A stretch of 64,000 nucleotides of DNA from assembly GCA_964407695.1 (NCBI GenBank), contig CAYOWQ010000001.1, positions 374,160 through 438,159 on the forward strand, given 5' to 3'. Positions 38,701 through 48,047 of the stretch are shown here, in pieces. Below the pieces are notes generated by a model. It was given only the letters and a program-made list of their open reading frames with translations. It made no database searches and was not told the origin of the DNA. Every line of letters begins with the position of its first letter. Within the stretch, counting starts at the first letter, position 1. The position numbers and the translations under genes are program-made. This DNA is from an uncultured Isosphaeraceae bacterium (lineage in GTDB: Bacteria; Planctomycetota; Phycisphaerae; Phycisphaerales; SM1A02).

Positions 38701-39798
38701 CTGCAGTTGAACTATGCCGATGGAAGCAGCCTGGGTGTGCGCGACCTCGCGATGAACATCTCATGCCCCGATCTTCGGCAGGGCGTCGATTTTTCGCTGA
38801 CCAGCAATGCCACTGCCTCCGGCGCCAGTGCCGGGATGATTGAGATTCGCGGAGGCCTACGCGAACTTGTTACGGCCGACTCGAAGTGGTCTCAATCAGC
38901 GACGCTCGATCTCGATGGAAAGGTTCAGAACGTGCCCACGGCCCTCGCGGATCAGGCCCAGAACCTGAACGGCCTGCTGATTGCCGCCCTCGGCCCCACG
39001 ATGAACGCCACCGCCAAAGCGCAGGCGCTTTCGAAGACGGGCGGCATGCTGGCGATGGACTTCCGGTCACAGAACGGATTTGTGGCAGCGCCGGTCATCT
39101 CGGCCCACGACGATGCGCTCTGGATCGAGGGCGAGCACGCCATTACCGGCGAACTCGCCGTAACCAAGCCGCTTCGCGAACAACTTCTCTACAAGATCAA
39201 TCCCATCCTGGCCGACATTCGGCAGACGGACCATCCGATCAAGCTGCTGGTGCGCAACGCATCGGTGCCGCTGGATGGGAATCCGGGACGGTTCAACGGT
39301 CAGATCGTGATCGATGTGGGGCCCGTGCAATTCGATGCAGGATCCACGACACTTCAGCTGCTGGAATTGTTCAAACAGTCCAACAAGTCGACAATCGACG
39401 GCCTGATTGATCCCCTGACAATCAACATCGCCTCCGGTCACGTGACCTACGACAATTTTGCCGTTCACATCGGCAAGAAATCGGGAGGGAACTGGGCCGC
39501 CGATCTAAAATTCGCCGGCGATATCAACCTGGCATCGAAGCCAGCTCACGTCAACTTCATTCGCACTCGCATCCCGGCGGACATCGCAACCAAGAGCATC
39601 AAGGAAGTGCCCGATATCGTGGGGCTCTTGGCCCTCGATCTCGAACTGCACGGCGACCTTGCCGACGCCGCGGGCAATCGCAAGGAGCTGGAACGACGAA
39701 TCAAGCCCGCGCTCGATACCAAGGATCCGGCGAAGATCCTTGACGATCCCAAGGTCAAGGACGTGCTCGGGGACATCTTCAAGAAGATCACGAAGTAG
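35710..39798 (+). CDS. Very large membrane-anchored beta-rich protein, AsmA/TamB-like (tentative)
   Basis: 1362 aa. One N-terminal TM (RRIILIVVLIVGLLMTAVALAP). S/T/A/G/L/V-rich with no catalytic motif. An internal repeat of about 147 aa at roughly 38161-38600 and 38601-39040. Confidence 0.6.
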   Translation: MVEQQTKKPRWGRRIILIVVLIVGLLMTAVALAPTLVSAGVGKSSIVGVINENINGTADYARLNVSWFGSQSIENLTIIDTSGTKVVDISARAETSLISLLSGLDRLAVSIKGSINATLEEDGSTNLTDLAATPGGPPAAKQQSTSSDALLPGGMAVVLDVQGLNVSVEVADGPKVEINDLQGKAAIEPGNAITADFTAGTLYREQPGQFKLSARSKGAIDRQGRLNLSGASLTVDVSLQNVKAPAGPVSVDVKSLTIGVQSNDVTQDIDLSILGSGMIDGSEPSTIDGAIKASKLLKSDGSVDFDIGKMTGTLQARALPTAVAQPFLKDTSLILSRDLGPTIDIDANFGSGEEKVVTLKASAQQLTAEMAAEINAATRAVEGSKLAISANVQPETLRAIAGIGAESPTTVQVNCSGFTVPPMNSDGSLEISKAGGTVQITIPGRTQLLNEDGKPLAELGDVSIDIDAPTLAQTIVVKASAGLEGGHVKIDQSVANLFNDGGLVAEGQIELSGVSGDRLGRFLPDQEELIAQLVSQPLEFRATTGLAPNGDLNAAINADTGRLKLSLNATRHEQQIKLTDAKASAELVPELVATLQTEESIKLGHAATVTVQIPEWSVLESKLREGNLTGSPIQLSYQSTPIQIVKAPGVASPVTIEGLAGDLNLALDDKTNVKTTGAARVLDNSGTAATELKYDASAIRTASSAEMTIDALVTANDINLAAIESILGRAAGELQNLLGSTGKLTLGVSTPKPSAYAANATVEFPQMKGEILAKADDREITATTKDLVLILPPDAANRWLAPADGSKGWTTTSTVTVRPQIAALSVPRAIASGESLDSSKINVDASIDVEPLTLVSADQLNIGVQRLQASAKCSDLSKGVDLSLNLAASSPDIEARDVRLSGKLTDLVGPDSNFAIGSATADLKGSGAVTLRKSALEKLLNPSPSSGPVDPASRVAVDSDLTLTPDIRSLRLPFSLASSETVEASKVNVNLGLTGSPLQLNYADGSSLGVRDLAMNISCPDLRQGVDFSLTSNATASGASAGMIEIRGGLRELVTADSKWSQSATLDLDGKVQNVPTALADQAQNLNGLLIAALGPTMNATAKAQALSKTGGMLAMDFRSQNGFVAAPVISAHDDALWIEGEHAITGELAVTKPLREQLLYKINPILADIRQTDHPIKLLVRNASVPLDGNPGRFNGQIVIDVGPVQFDAGSTTLQLLELFKQSNKSTIDGLIDPLTINIASGHVTYDNFAVHIGKKSGGNWAADLKFAGDINLASKPAHVNFIRTRIPADIATKSIKEVPDIVGLLALDLELHGDLADAAGNRKELERRIKPALDTKDPAKILDDPKVKDVLGDIFKKITK

Positions 39799-39813
39799 CA
39801 GACGACGATGGAT

Positions 39814-40965
39814 CTATTTGAGGCTCAGGGGATCGCGATCAGCCTTTGAGATCGAAATCGCGACATTGCCTCCGAGATGCTTGAGGAGGTGTTGCTTCAG
39901 GCGCGGCAAGTATGGTCGCTCGGTGTTGGTGTGACCTGCAAGGATGACATCGCAGCCTCTCGATCTGGCCCGCAGCACCTCGTGGTGGCGCATCTCGCCG
40001 GTGACAAACGCAGTGCAGCCAGCATGGATCGCCGCATCAAGGAGGCCCGATCCAGCGCCGGCACAGAAGCCGATGATCCGATGATTGGCGGTCGACAGGC
40101 TGCACTGGAGCGACTTGACTCCCAGGTGCCTCTTGACGCTCGCGATCAGGGAACGGCTGCCAATTGCCTTCCGAAGCGTGGCTATCCGTCCTCCCCCGCA
40201 ACGGGGGTCTTGGTGGGTCGACAGCACATACACATCGATCGGTGCTTCTTCGTAGGGATGGGCTTGACGAATTGCGTCGACTGCCCCGGGGATTGCCGAG
40301 GCAGGGCAGACCATCTCCAGTCGAACCTCATCAACGCGTTCCAATCGACCCGACTTGCCTACCGCGGGATTGGCTCCCGATCCGCCATAGAAAGTTCCGG
40401 TTCCCGAAATCTCAAACGAACAGAGGGCGTAACGCCCGATGCGACCCGCACCGGCTCGGTCGAGTGCCTCGCGAAGCGCATTGACCGAGTCCCGTGGGCA
40501 GAAGGTGACGAGTTTGCGATCTGCAGCTCCTTGATCCGTGATACACGGCTGGAGCGGCCTGACAACCTCCGGATCTACCGATTCAGCCAGAAAATCGTTG
40601 AGACCGCCTGGTGCTGCATCGAGGGCTGTATGCGGGCTGTAGATGGCAGCCCCGACTGAAGCCACCTTCCACGCAGCACCCTCAGGCCCCGGTCCGTCAA
40701 CGAGCCGATGGACTGGCCGAAAAATCGGCGGGTGATAGGCCACGATGAAATCGGCACTTTTCTGAACAGCCTCGGACGCGACCTCGGCGGTAAGGTCGAT
40801 GGTCAACATCAACCGCCTTACGGCCGAGTCAGGAGATCCCACAAGAAGTCCGACATTGTCCCATTCCTCGGCAAGTGAAGGAGGTGCTAGGCTCTCCAGG
40901 CCCGCAACGACATCTGCGGCCGTAACCGGTGCAGCCATTCTTCGACGCGATTGGCGCTGTGGCAT
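39814..40965 (-). CDS. Nif3-like dinuclear metal centre protein (YqfO type, with PII-like insert)
   Basis: EEWDNVGLLVG, DFIVAYHPPIF, C-terminal LAGHTNTERPYL. ATG 40938 is an alternative start. Confidence 0.88.
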   Translation of the reverse strand: MPQRQSRRRMAAPVTAADVVAGLESLAPPSLAEEWDNVGLLVGSPDSAVRRLMLTIDLTAEVASEAVQKSADFIVAYHPPIFRPVHRLVDGPGPEGAAWKVASVGAAIYSPHTALDAAPGGLNDFLAESVDPEVVRPLQPCITDQGAADRKLVTFCPRDSVNALREALDRAGAGRIGRYALCSFEISGTGTFYGGSGANPAVGKSGRLERVDEVRLEMVCPASAIPGAVDAIRQAHPYEEAPIDVYVLSTHQDPRCGGGRIATLRKAIGSRSLIASVKRHLGVKSLQCSLSTANHRIIGFCAGAGSGLLDAAIHAGCTAFVTGEMRHHEVLRARSRGCDVILAGHTNTERPYLPRLKQHLLKHLGGNVAISISKADRDPLSLK

Positions 40966-41080
40966 GGATGCACGTTATCCGAGACCCGGGCCGTTGGGAG
41001 GATGTGCGGTCCGGAAAGCAATCTTGCGCAAATTTCACCATCTCTAAGGCCGATAGATACGAAGTCGTCGATAATCCCCC

Positions 41081-42598
41081 ATGGCCCTATCATGGGCCAG
41101 GTGGGGCCATTGGAGGGCCCGCCTCGTGAAGGACAAGCAGGAGGAGCCTGTGAGCGATAAGGAACTTCAGGACCGTCCCGGTCTGGTTTCCAAACGCGTC
41201 AAGAATCGAACGAGCGAGGAAGAGACAGCCGTCAAGCATTTTGTGCTTGATACGAACGTGCTGCTTCACAATCCGAACTCGATCTACATGTTCGAGGAGC
41301 ACACCGTCGTCATTCCGTTGACGGTGATCGAAGAACTCGACAAGTTCAAGAAGAACAACGACGAAACCGGCCGCAATGCCCGGCAGGTGATTCGCGAGAT
41401 CGACCGCTTGCGGGCCAATGGGGCCCTGTTTCAGGGGGTCGTCTGGAACGAAGATGGCGGCATGTTGCGCGTGGATCGGTGCGACCGGAACATTCCGTTC
41501 GTGCTTGATCTCGATGTCAGCGACAATCGCATTCTGGCCGTAGCGCACGCGATCCACTCGCAGGGCAAACGCACCATCTTCATCTCCAAGGACATCAACG
41601 CCCGGGTGAAGTGCGATGCGCTGGGAATCCCGGCGGAGGATTTTGAAGCGGATCGGGTCGATACCGACTGGCTTTACACCGGGTCAGCATCCATTCGCGT
41701 TCCCGGCGAGTTGATTGATGATCTCTACAACGAGCGACAACTGCCGCTTGACCGGATCTCCGACTATCTCACAGCGCCGTCCCCTACGAACGGTCCGGTG
41801 CGGTTCGACCCGGTGCCGAACCAGTTTCTGCTGATGACCAACGAAGCGGACGATTCACACACGGGGCTTGCCCGGGTGCTGGCCGACACCGGGCATCTCG
41901 TGCCTGTCTCGGGTCCGCGCAAGCCGGTCTTCGGAATCATGGCGAGGAACCTGCAACAGACGATGGCGATGGATCTGCTTCTGGACGACGAGATTCGCCT
42001 CGTCACGCTCATCGGTCCGGCCGGAACCGGCAAGACTCTTCTGGCGATGGCTGCCGGCATGCAGAAGGTGATGAAGGAGGAGCACTTCGACAAGCTGCTC
42101 GTTGCCCGCCCGATCATGCCTCTTGGGCGTGATATCGGCTATCTGCCCGGCGACAAGGACGAGAAGCTGACGATGTGGATGCAGCCCATCTTCGACAACA
42201 TGGCCTATCTGCTCTCCACCCGCGGAAGCCACCTCAACGACGCCGAAAGCCGCTCCACTGAGCAGCGCATCGATCAGATGCTCGCCAGCGGCAAGGTGGT
42301 CATGGAACCGTTGACCTACATACGCGGCCGGTCGATCCCGCACCAGTTCATGGTTGTCGACGAGGCCCAGAATTTGTCGCCGCATGAAGTGAAGACGATC
42401 GTCTCCCGCGTGGGTGATGGCACGAAGATTGTCCTTTGCGGCGATATCGGGCAGATCGACAATCCGTACCTGGATGCGTCGAGCAACGGCTTGAGTCACC
42501 TGATCGACCGGATGAAAGGCCAGCGATTGTGCGGCCATGTCACCCTGACCAAGACCGAGCGATCCGACCTCGCCAGCCTTGCCGCAGAAATCCTTTAG
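41081..42598 (+). CDS. PhoH2-type protein (N-terminal PIN domain fused to PhoH ATPase; YlaK-like)
   Basis: PIN HFVLDTNVLLH..VIPLTVIEELD..DNRILAVA. PhoH Walker A GPAGTGKT and Walker B FMVVDEAQN. The true start may lie a little downstream. Confidence 0.88.
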   Translation: MALSWARWGHWRARLVKDKQEEPVSDKELQDRPGLVSKRVKNRTSEEETAVKHFVLDTNVLLHNPNSIYMFEEHTVVIPLTVIEELDKFKKNNDETGRNARQVIREIDRLRANGALFQGVVWNEDGGMLRVDRCDRNIPFVLDLDVSDNRILAVAHAIHSQGKRTIFISKDINARVKCDALGIPAEDFEADRVDTDWLYTGSASIRVPGELIDDLYNERQLPLDRISDYLTAPSPTNGPVRFDPVPNQFLLMTNEADDSHTGLARVLADTGHLVPVSGPRKPVFGIMARNLQQTMAMDLLLDDEIRLVTLIGPAGTGKTLLAMAAGMQKVMKEEHFDKLLVARPIMPLGRDIGYLPGDKDEKLTMWMQPIFDNMAYLLSTRGSHLNDAESRSTEQRIDQMLASGKVVMEPLTYIRGRSIPHQFMVVDEAQNLSPHEVKTIVSRVGDGTKIVLCGDIGQIDNPYLDASSNGLSHLIDRMKGQRLCGHVTLTKTERSDLASLAAEIL

Positions 42599-42662
42599 CG
42601 GTGCAGGCGGAGGCGGCGAACTCAGGTGCGTGAGAGGTCTGGCGCTCGGCTAAGCTGTTGCG

Positions 42663-43751
42663 GTGTCACGAAAGGTCTTGAAATCGGCCAATCCTTCGGC
42701 GGCGACGTGCGCGCAACTTGTGGAGTCTTGGTTTCTTCTCAACGCTCGTGACCTTCCCTGGCGACGCAAACGATCCGGCTACCGGGCCCTGGTCAGCGAG
42801 ATCATGCTGCAACAGACCCAGGTTGCACGAGTCGAACCCGCCTTCAACGCCTTCTTGAGAAGGTTTCCAAGCGTGGGAGCTCTGGCCCGGGCTGAGGAAT
42901 TAGAAGTCCTGGCCGCATGGGCTGGCCTTGGGTATTACCGCCGGGCCCGCCATCTGCATCAAGCCGCGAAGGCAATTGTGGAGCGACATCGGGGCAAGGT
43001 TCCATCCACATTCGCCGAACTCAAGGGCCTGTCCGGCGTGGGCAACTATACCGCCGGGGCTATTGCGTCGATCGTCTTCGATGAAAGGGTGGCCGCAGTT
43101 GATGGAAACGTTCACCGCGTTCTCTCTCGGGTCTATGGGCTCCGCCGACCTGCATCCGAGACCGGCGCCATGCGCCGGGTGCGGGAGTTGGCCCAGACTT
43201 GGGTTGATCATTCCCGGTCTCCATCGCAGCTCAACGAGGGGCTCATGGAGCTCGGCGCCACGGTCTGTACGCCCCGCGGGCCATCATGCTCCGGATGCCC
43301 CTTGAGGGATCAGTGTCAGGCTCGCAGGTCCGGCCATCCTGAGCGCTACCCCAGCCCGAAGTCCGCCGTTGCGAGGCAACGATGGGTACACCATGTCGTT
43401 GTGATGGTTTCGAATGGGAGAGTACTGATGCAGTGCCGTCCCGTCTCCGGGATGTGGGCCGGGATGTTTCAGCCACTCACCGTGGAGTCAGCACGGCCGC
43501 TTCGGACAAAGGAACTTCAATCGGCGGTACCGCTCGCCATACGGAAATTGGTCCAGCGAGAATTGATTGTGCATCAGACCACGCATCGGGAAATTGAGTT
43601 TCGCGTTTACACGGCCGAAACCTCCGCAGCCGACCGATCCTGGCCTACGGTCGAGGCGGCCCTGAGACTGCCGCTGAGCAACCCCCACCGCAGAATTCTT
43701 CAACAATGGGCGGCCGGGAAACCAAGGGAAATCCGTCGGTCCCGAAAATAA
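42663..43751 (+). CDS. mutY: A/G-specific adenine DNA glycosylase MutY
   Basis: LPWRR..YRALVSEIMLQQTQV, GLGYYRRARHLH, Fe-S cluster CTPRGPSCSGCPLRDQC, NUDIX-like C-terminal domain. Confidence 0.92.
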   Translation: MSRKVLKSANPSAATCAQLVESWFLLNARDLPWRRKRSGYRALVSEIMLQQTQVARVEPAFNAFLRRFPSVGALARAEELEVLAAWAGLGYYRRARHLHQAAKAIVERHRGKVPSTFAELKGLSGVGNYTAGAIASIVFDERVAAVDGNVHRVLSRVYGLRRPASETGAMRRVRELAQTWVDHSRSPSQLNEGLMELGATVCTPRGPSCSGCPLRDQCQARRSGHPERYPSPKSAVARQRWVHHVVVMVSNGRVLMQCRPVSGMWAGMFQPLTVESARPLRTKELQSAVPLAIRKLVQRELIVHQTTHREIEFRVYTAETSAADRSWPTVEAALRLPLSNPHRRILQQWAAGKPREIRRSRK

Positions 43752-43880
43752 TTCGGTCCCCGTGGAACCAGTTGCAGGAGGCCGCCGTATAGAAGATCGG
43801 CGTCTGATTGCTTTCGAAATCTGACTACAGACCTGAATTCCTGTTCTCCTCCTCAGTTCCCTGCCCTCCGGGCGGGGGAA

Positions 43881-43945
43881 GCATTCGGCCGGTTGGTGCG
43901 GCGGCCCCCCACAACGTCGCACTGAGCCGGCCGATATGCTTTTTT
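43881..43945 (+). terminator. Long hairpin plus T6, probable mutY terminator
   Basis: GCATTCGGCCGG ... CCGGCCGATATGC followed by TTTTTT. The large loop contains an inner GTGCG/CGCAC stem. Confidence 0.55.
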
Positions 43946-43971
43946 GAGCTGCCTTCAAACTCAATTTCAGT

Positions 43972-44772
43972 CTACCGGTGGCTCTTGACGTCGGTGTCGG
44001 CGGCCTGTTCCCGGTGTGCGGTTGACTCGATCATTTGATTCGCTTCCTCGCCGAGGTAAGCATCGATGATCGCGTGAAGCAGGTACAGAATTGGTGTCAC
44101 CCCAATCGCAACCGCGAACTTGAAGATGTAGCCGCTGCCGGCAGAGTTCACCGTTTGCCAGAAAGTCAGGCCGCGTTCGGGATTGAACACATGCGGAAGG
44201 TACAGACCGATGAACTGGACAATGACGGTGTCGACCAGTTGGCTGACCAGGGTTGAACCTGTGGCCCGCATCCAAAGGTAACGATGTCCTGTGCGGCGGC
44301 GCACAAGCCAGAACACGGTGACGTCGATCAGCTGTGCCACGAGGAAAGCGGTGATCGAGCCGACGATGATCCACGCCGACTGCATGAATACGTTGCGAAA
44401 CGATGCCGCATCGACTGGGGAGAATGACACGGCGGGCACCGCATCCGTCAGCCAGAGTGCGACAAAGGCATATGCGATCATCGCGGCACCGAGAAAGCTC
44501 AGTCGCTTCACGCCCTCGCGCCCGAAGTACTCGTTGATGATGTCGGATGTGATGAAGACGACAGGCCACAGGATGATGCCGCAGCTGAGCGTGAAGTTTC
44601 TCCAGGTGGAATCCGGGTCTGTCACCAGACTCCGCCAGGGCGTCGGCACCTGGAAAAGCTTGCCGCCGATCAACTCGGCGATGATCGCATTGCTGAGAAA
44701 CACTCCCCCAAGCACCATGAACAGGATATTGCGCCGACGGCCGCCTTGCTCCAGACTTGGAATGGTCTTCAT
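43972..44772 (-). CDS. yhhQ: Queuosine-precursor transporter family protein (YhhQ/DUF165)
   Basis: ILWPVVFITSDIINEYFGREG and DTVIVQFIGL are typical of the VUT/YhhQ family. Polytopic. Confidence 0.85.
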   Translation of the reverse strand: MKTIPSLEQGGRRRNILFMVLGGVFLSNAIIAELIGGKLFQVPTPWRSLVTDPDSTWRNFTLSCGIILWPVVFITSDIINEYFGREGVKRLSFLGAAMIAYAFVALWLTDAVPAVSFSPVDAASFRNVFMQSAWIIVGSITAFLVAQLIDVTVFWLVRRRTGHRYLWMRATGSTLVSQLVDTVIVQFIGLYLPHVFNPERGLTFWQTVNSAGSGYIFKFAVAIGVTPILYLLHAIIDAYLGEEANQMIESTAHREQAADTDVKSHR

Positions 44773-44789
44773 GATGTTCAGGCCAGCGC

Positions 44790-47700
44790 CTAATCAGTCG
44801 CCAGATCCACCGCAGATTCAATGCGGCGCTTCGAGACAGGACGTCGCCGACCGTTCCAGAGAACATACACGATGTTGGCGAGGTCATCGAAAATTACCAG
44901 CAGGCAGGGGAGCACCAGCAGCGTCAGGGCTGTGGAGCTCAGCAATCCGAACGAGACGGCAATCGCCATTGGAATCAGGAACTTGGCCTGAAACGAGGTC
45001 TCCAGAACCAGCGGCATCAATCCAACGAAGGTGGTGATCGACGTCAACACAATTGCTCTGAGGCGTTCCTTGCCCGTCTCCACGAGCGCGTCGCGCATGG
45101 GCACACCGGCGACACGCTTCTCGTTGTAGAACTCAATCAGAATGAGCGAATTGTTCACCACCACACCGGTCAGGGCCACGAATCCAATCAGGCTGAGAAA
45201 CGTCAACTCATATCCCAACAGCAGGTGGCCCCAGATCACGCCAATGATCCCGAACGGGATCGCCACCATGACGACCAGCGGTTGCGTGTATGACGAGAAC
45301 AGCCACGCGACAATTACGTAGATCAGAACGCACGCGGCTCCGAACGCAAGCGGCAAGGTGGAAAACGCCTTGTTCAGATCCTCCTGCCGGCCGGCGACGT
45401 CAAGGGTGATGCCCGGTGTCGACGAAGCGATTTCGGCCAGTCTTGGCCTGACGGCATCGAAGATGAACTCAGGGCTGACACCGGGGGCAGTGTCGGCGGT
45501 CACCGTAATCGCCCGCTCACGATTGATCCTTCGAATCGTCGAGTACGAGTTGCCTTCGCTGACCTCGGCGATCTCGGCCAATGGGATTCGCCGCGGCCCC
45601 TCCCGCCCCTGCACGATCACCCAGAATCCCTCGATGGTGCTCATTCGACGACGGCTGTCCGGGTCGATACGCACCCGAACATCAATGTCTTCGCGTCGAG
45701 CGCTATAGGTATGAGCGTCCAGTCCAAACAATGTTCCGCGAACCTGCCGCGCGACCTCGGCAACGGTAACCCCCAGCGATGCGGCCCCCGGCTTGAGCCG
45801 AATCTGAAGCTCACGCTGGGCATCGAAGTCATCATCCGAAATGTCCTTCACGCCGTCATAGCCGGCAAGCAACGATTTGATCCGCTCCACGGCCGAAGAG
45901 ACCGGCTCGGAATCCTCGCCCTTCACCACGATGGAAATATCGCGGCCGCTGGGCCCGCCGCTCATCTCGGTGTATCGGAACTCTTCAACATCGGGCATCG
46001 GACCGGCTGCGTTGCGAATTGCCTCGACGACGTCGCGTGATTCTCGGCCCCCTTCAGCTTGGCGCTTTTCGACCTCCTGAAGCTCAATGAACATCTGTGC
46101 AACATGCGTGGAGGCCGCGAGGACAGCACTTGACTCAAGATCCGTGCTGCTCCCAACGACCGAGGACACCCAGACCACCTCAGGTTGGGCGCGCGCTGCG
46201 GCCTCGATCTGCTGTACCACTGCGTCAGTCTGCGCCAGGGAAGCACCAATCGGCAGGCGGAGATCGACAATCACCGTCTCGGCGTCCGTATCCTGCAGGA
46301 AGACGAACGGTAGACGTTTGCCGATCACAAGTCCCATTGAAGCGATCATGATTGCAAGGGCGATGGATGCGGTGACGTATCGATGGTTGATCGAGAAGGC
46401 CACAAATCGCCCATAGAGATCAGTCAGCGGTCCGATGACTCTGCGATCCCGCCACTTCTCAAATCGACGCAGGAACGATCCAATTCGGCCCGGCTCACGC
46501 CGCTCTCGCTTCTCCATGGCGTGGGCCATGTGGCTGGGCATCATGGTCATGGTCTCCAGCACGCTGACCAGCAGCGAGCAGAGCACCACGATCGGAAGAG
46601 ACGCCAGCAATTCGCCGATCGTGCCCTTGACGAACGCGAGGGGAAGGAAGGCGACAATAGTGGTTAGGACCGTGCAGAGCACCGGCCAGAAGACCTGCTG
46701 TGCTCCGCGAATGGCCGCGATCATGGGTGGATCGCCCTTGGCGTGGCGGGCGTTGATGTTTTCGCTGACCACGACAGCGTCGTCTTCCAGCATGCCCAGG
46801 GTGATGAGCAGTCCAAACATCGTGAGCATGTTGAGCGTGACGCCGAACGCCAGCATCAGAATGAGCGTTCCGCAGATGGCGGTGGTGAGCCCCATGACCA
46901 CGATCCAGGCCATTCGCAGGCTCATGAAGAGGAAGATGATGAGGAATATGAGCGCTGCGCCCTGAAATGCATTGTCCACGAGCAGACCAAGGCGGCCCTC
47001 AATGAACCTCGCGAAATCGGAGTGCGACACGATTGCAACGGGCAGGGGGTCGGGAGCATCGTGGCCGAGCTTCCAGGCGCGAAGCGTGTGCGGCTTCATC
47101 ACATGATCGGCGAATCCTCCCGGGTACTCACCGTGCTGCCTCCCCACGACATACGCCCGCACCATCTCGGCAATCTTCACCGCATCCTGTTTGCCGGTCT
47201 TGAAGACCGTCAGACTGACGGCAGGCTTGCCATTGAAACGGGACTCAATCTGTTCATCTGTGAAATCCGAGAATACCGTTGCAATATCGCCCACGCGAAT
47301 GGACTGTCCCTGATCGCTGGCCTTGACCACGATCTGCCGGATCGCATCCGCCCGCTCAGCCACGCCGAGCGTCCGTACGTTGGTGTTGCCGACATTGGTC
47401 CGCAACGAACCCCCGGGCAGGTCGCTCATCCAGGCACGAATCGAATCCGTCACCTGCGGAAGGCTGATGCCGTGTTCCAGAAGTGCAGCGCCGTCAACAT
47501 CGACTCGCAACTCGTCATTCCGCACGCCGCTGATGATGATCGATCCCATGCCCGGAAGGGTGCGAAGATCATCGGCGACGCGGCGGATCGACCGCTTCAT
47601 CACATCCTCATCCGCGTCGCCATACAGCGTCACCATGATGGTTGGGATGTTTGGTTCAAATTCCGTGACCCGGATTTCCTCGGCGTCGTCGGGAAGGTCC

Positions 47701-48047
47701 TGGAGGAGGTCGATGGCTCGCTGAACCTCGTCGACACCCTTCCTGGTCTCGACTCCGTCGCGGAATTCGACCCGGATGGTGCCGAACCCCTCGTTGATTC
47801 GGGTGGTGACCTTCTCAACCTCGTCGAGCTCCACGACGGCATCTTCCACCTTGCGCGCCATGGATTCTTCAATCTCTTCCGGCGTGGCCCCGGGATACGG
47901 AAGGGTGATCGTTGCCTGTTCAGGCGTAGTCTCAGGGAAGAATTCTCGTCGGATGCTCACCAGGGCCACAATGCCGCCGATGAGAATCGAGAGCATCAAC
48001 AGTCGAATGGGTACCGGCTTGCGGACGCCAAATTCCGCAACGTTCAT
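44790..48047 (-). CDS. RND efflux transporter permease (AcrB/CzcA superfamily)
   Basis: Trimmed to ATG 48047 (MNVAEFGVRKPVPIRLLMLSI), an ATGA overlap with the adaptor gene. 12-TM, two-large-loop architecture over about 1085 aa. Confidence 0.92.
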   Translation of the reverse strand: MNVAEFGVRKPVPIRLLMLSILIGGIVALVSIRREFFPETTPEQATITLPYPGATPEEIEESMARKVEDAVVELDEVEKVTTRINEGFGTIRVEFRDGVETRKGVDEVQRAIDLLQDLPDDAEEIRVTEFEPNIPTIMVTLYGDADEDVMKRSIRRVADDLRTLPGMGSIIISGVRNDELRVDVDGAALLEHGISLPQVTDSIRAWMSDLPGGSLRTNVGNTNVRTLGVAERADAIRQIVVKASDQGQSIRVGDIATVFSDFTDEQIESRFNGKPAVSLTVFKTGKQDAVKIAEMVRAYVVGRQHGEYPGGFADHVMKPHTLRAWKLGHDAPDPLPVAIVSHSDFARFIEGRLGLLVDNAFQGAALIFLIIFLFMSLRMAWIVVMGLTTAICGTLILMLAFGVTLNMLTMFGLLITLGMLEDDAVVVSENINARHAKGDPPMIAAIRGAQQVFWPVLCTVLTTIVAFLPLAFVKGTIGELLASLPIVVLCSLLVSVLETMTMMPSHMAHAMEKRERREPGRIGSFLRRFEKWRDRRVIGPLTDLYGRFVAFSINHRYVTASIALAIMIASMGLVIGKRLPFVFLQDTDAETVIVDLRLPIGASLAQTDAVVQQIEAAARAQPEVVWVSSVVGSSTDLESSAVLAASTHVAQMFIELQEVEKRQAEGGRESRDVVEAIRNAAGPMPDVEEFRYTEMSGGPSGRDISIVVKGEDSEPVSSAVERIKSLLAGYDGVKDISDDDFDAQRELQIRLKPGAASLGVTVAEVARQVRGTLFGLDAHTYSARREDIDVRVRIDPDSRRRMSTIEGFWVIVQGREGPRRIPLAEIAEVSEGNSYSTIRRINRERAITVTADTAPGVSPEFIFDAVRPRLAEIASSTPGITLDVAGRQEDLNKAFSTLPLAFGAACVLIYVIVAWLFSSYTQPLVVMVAIPFGIIGVIWGHLLLGYELTFLSLIGFVALTGVVVNNSLILIEFYNEKRVAGVPMRDALVETGKERLRAIVLTSITTFVGLMPLVLETSFQAKFLIPMAIAVSFGLLSSTALTLLVLPCLLVIFDDLANIVYVLWNGRRRPVSKRRIESAVDLATD

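Noticed and set aside
44773-44789. preQ1 riboswitch expected upstream of yhhQ
   Set aside because: Only 17 nt separate yhhQ from the RND stop, which is too short for any preQ1 aptamer.
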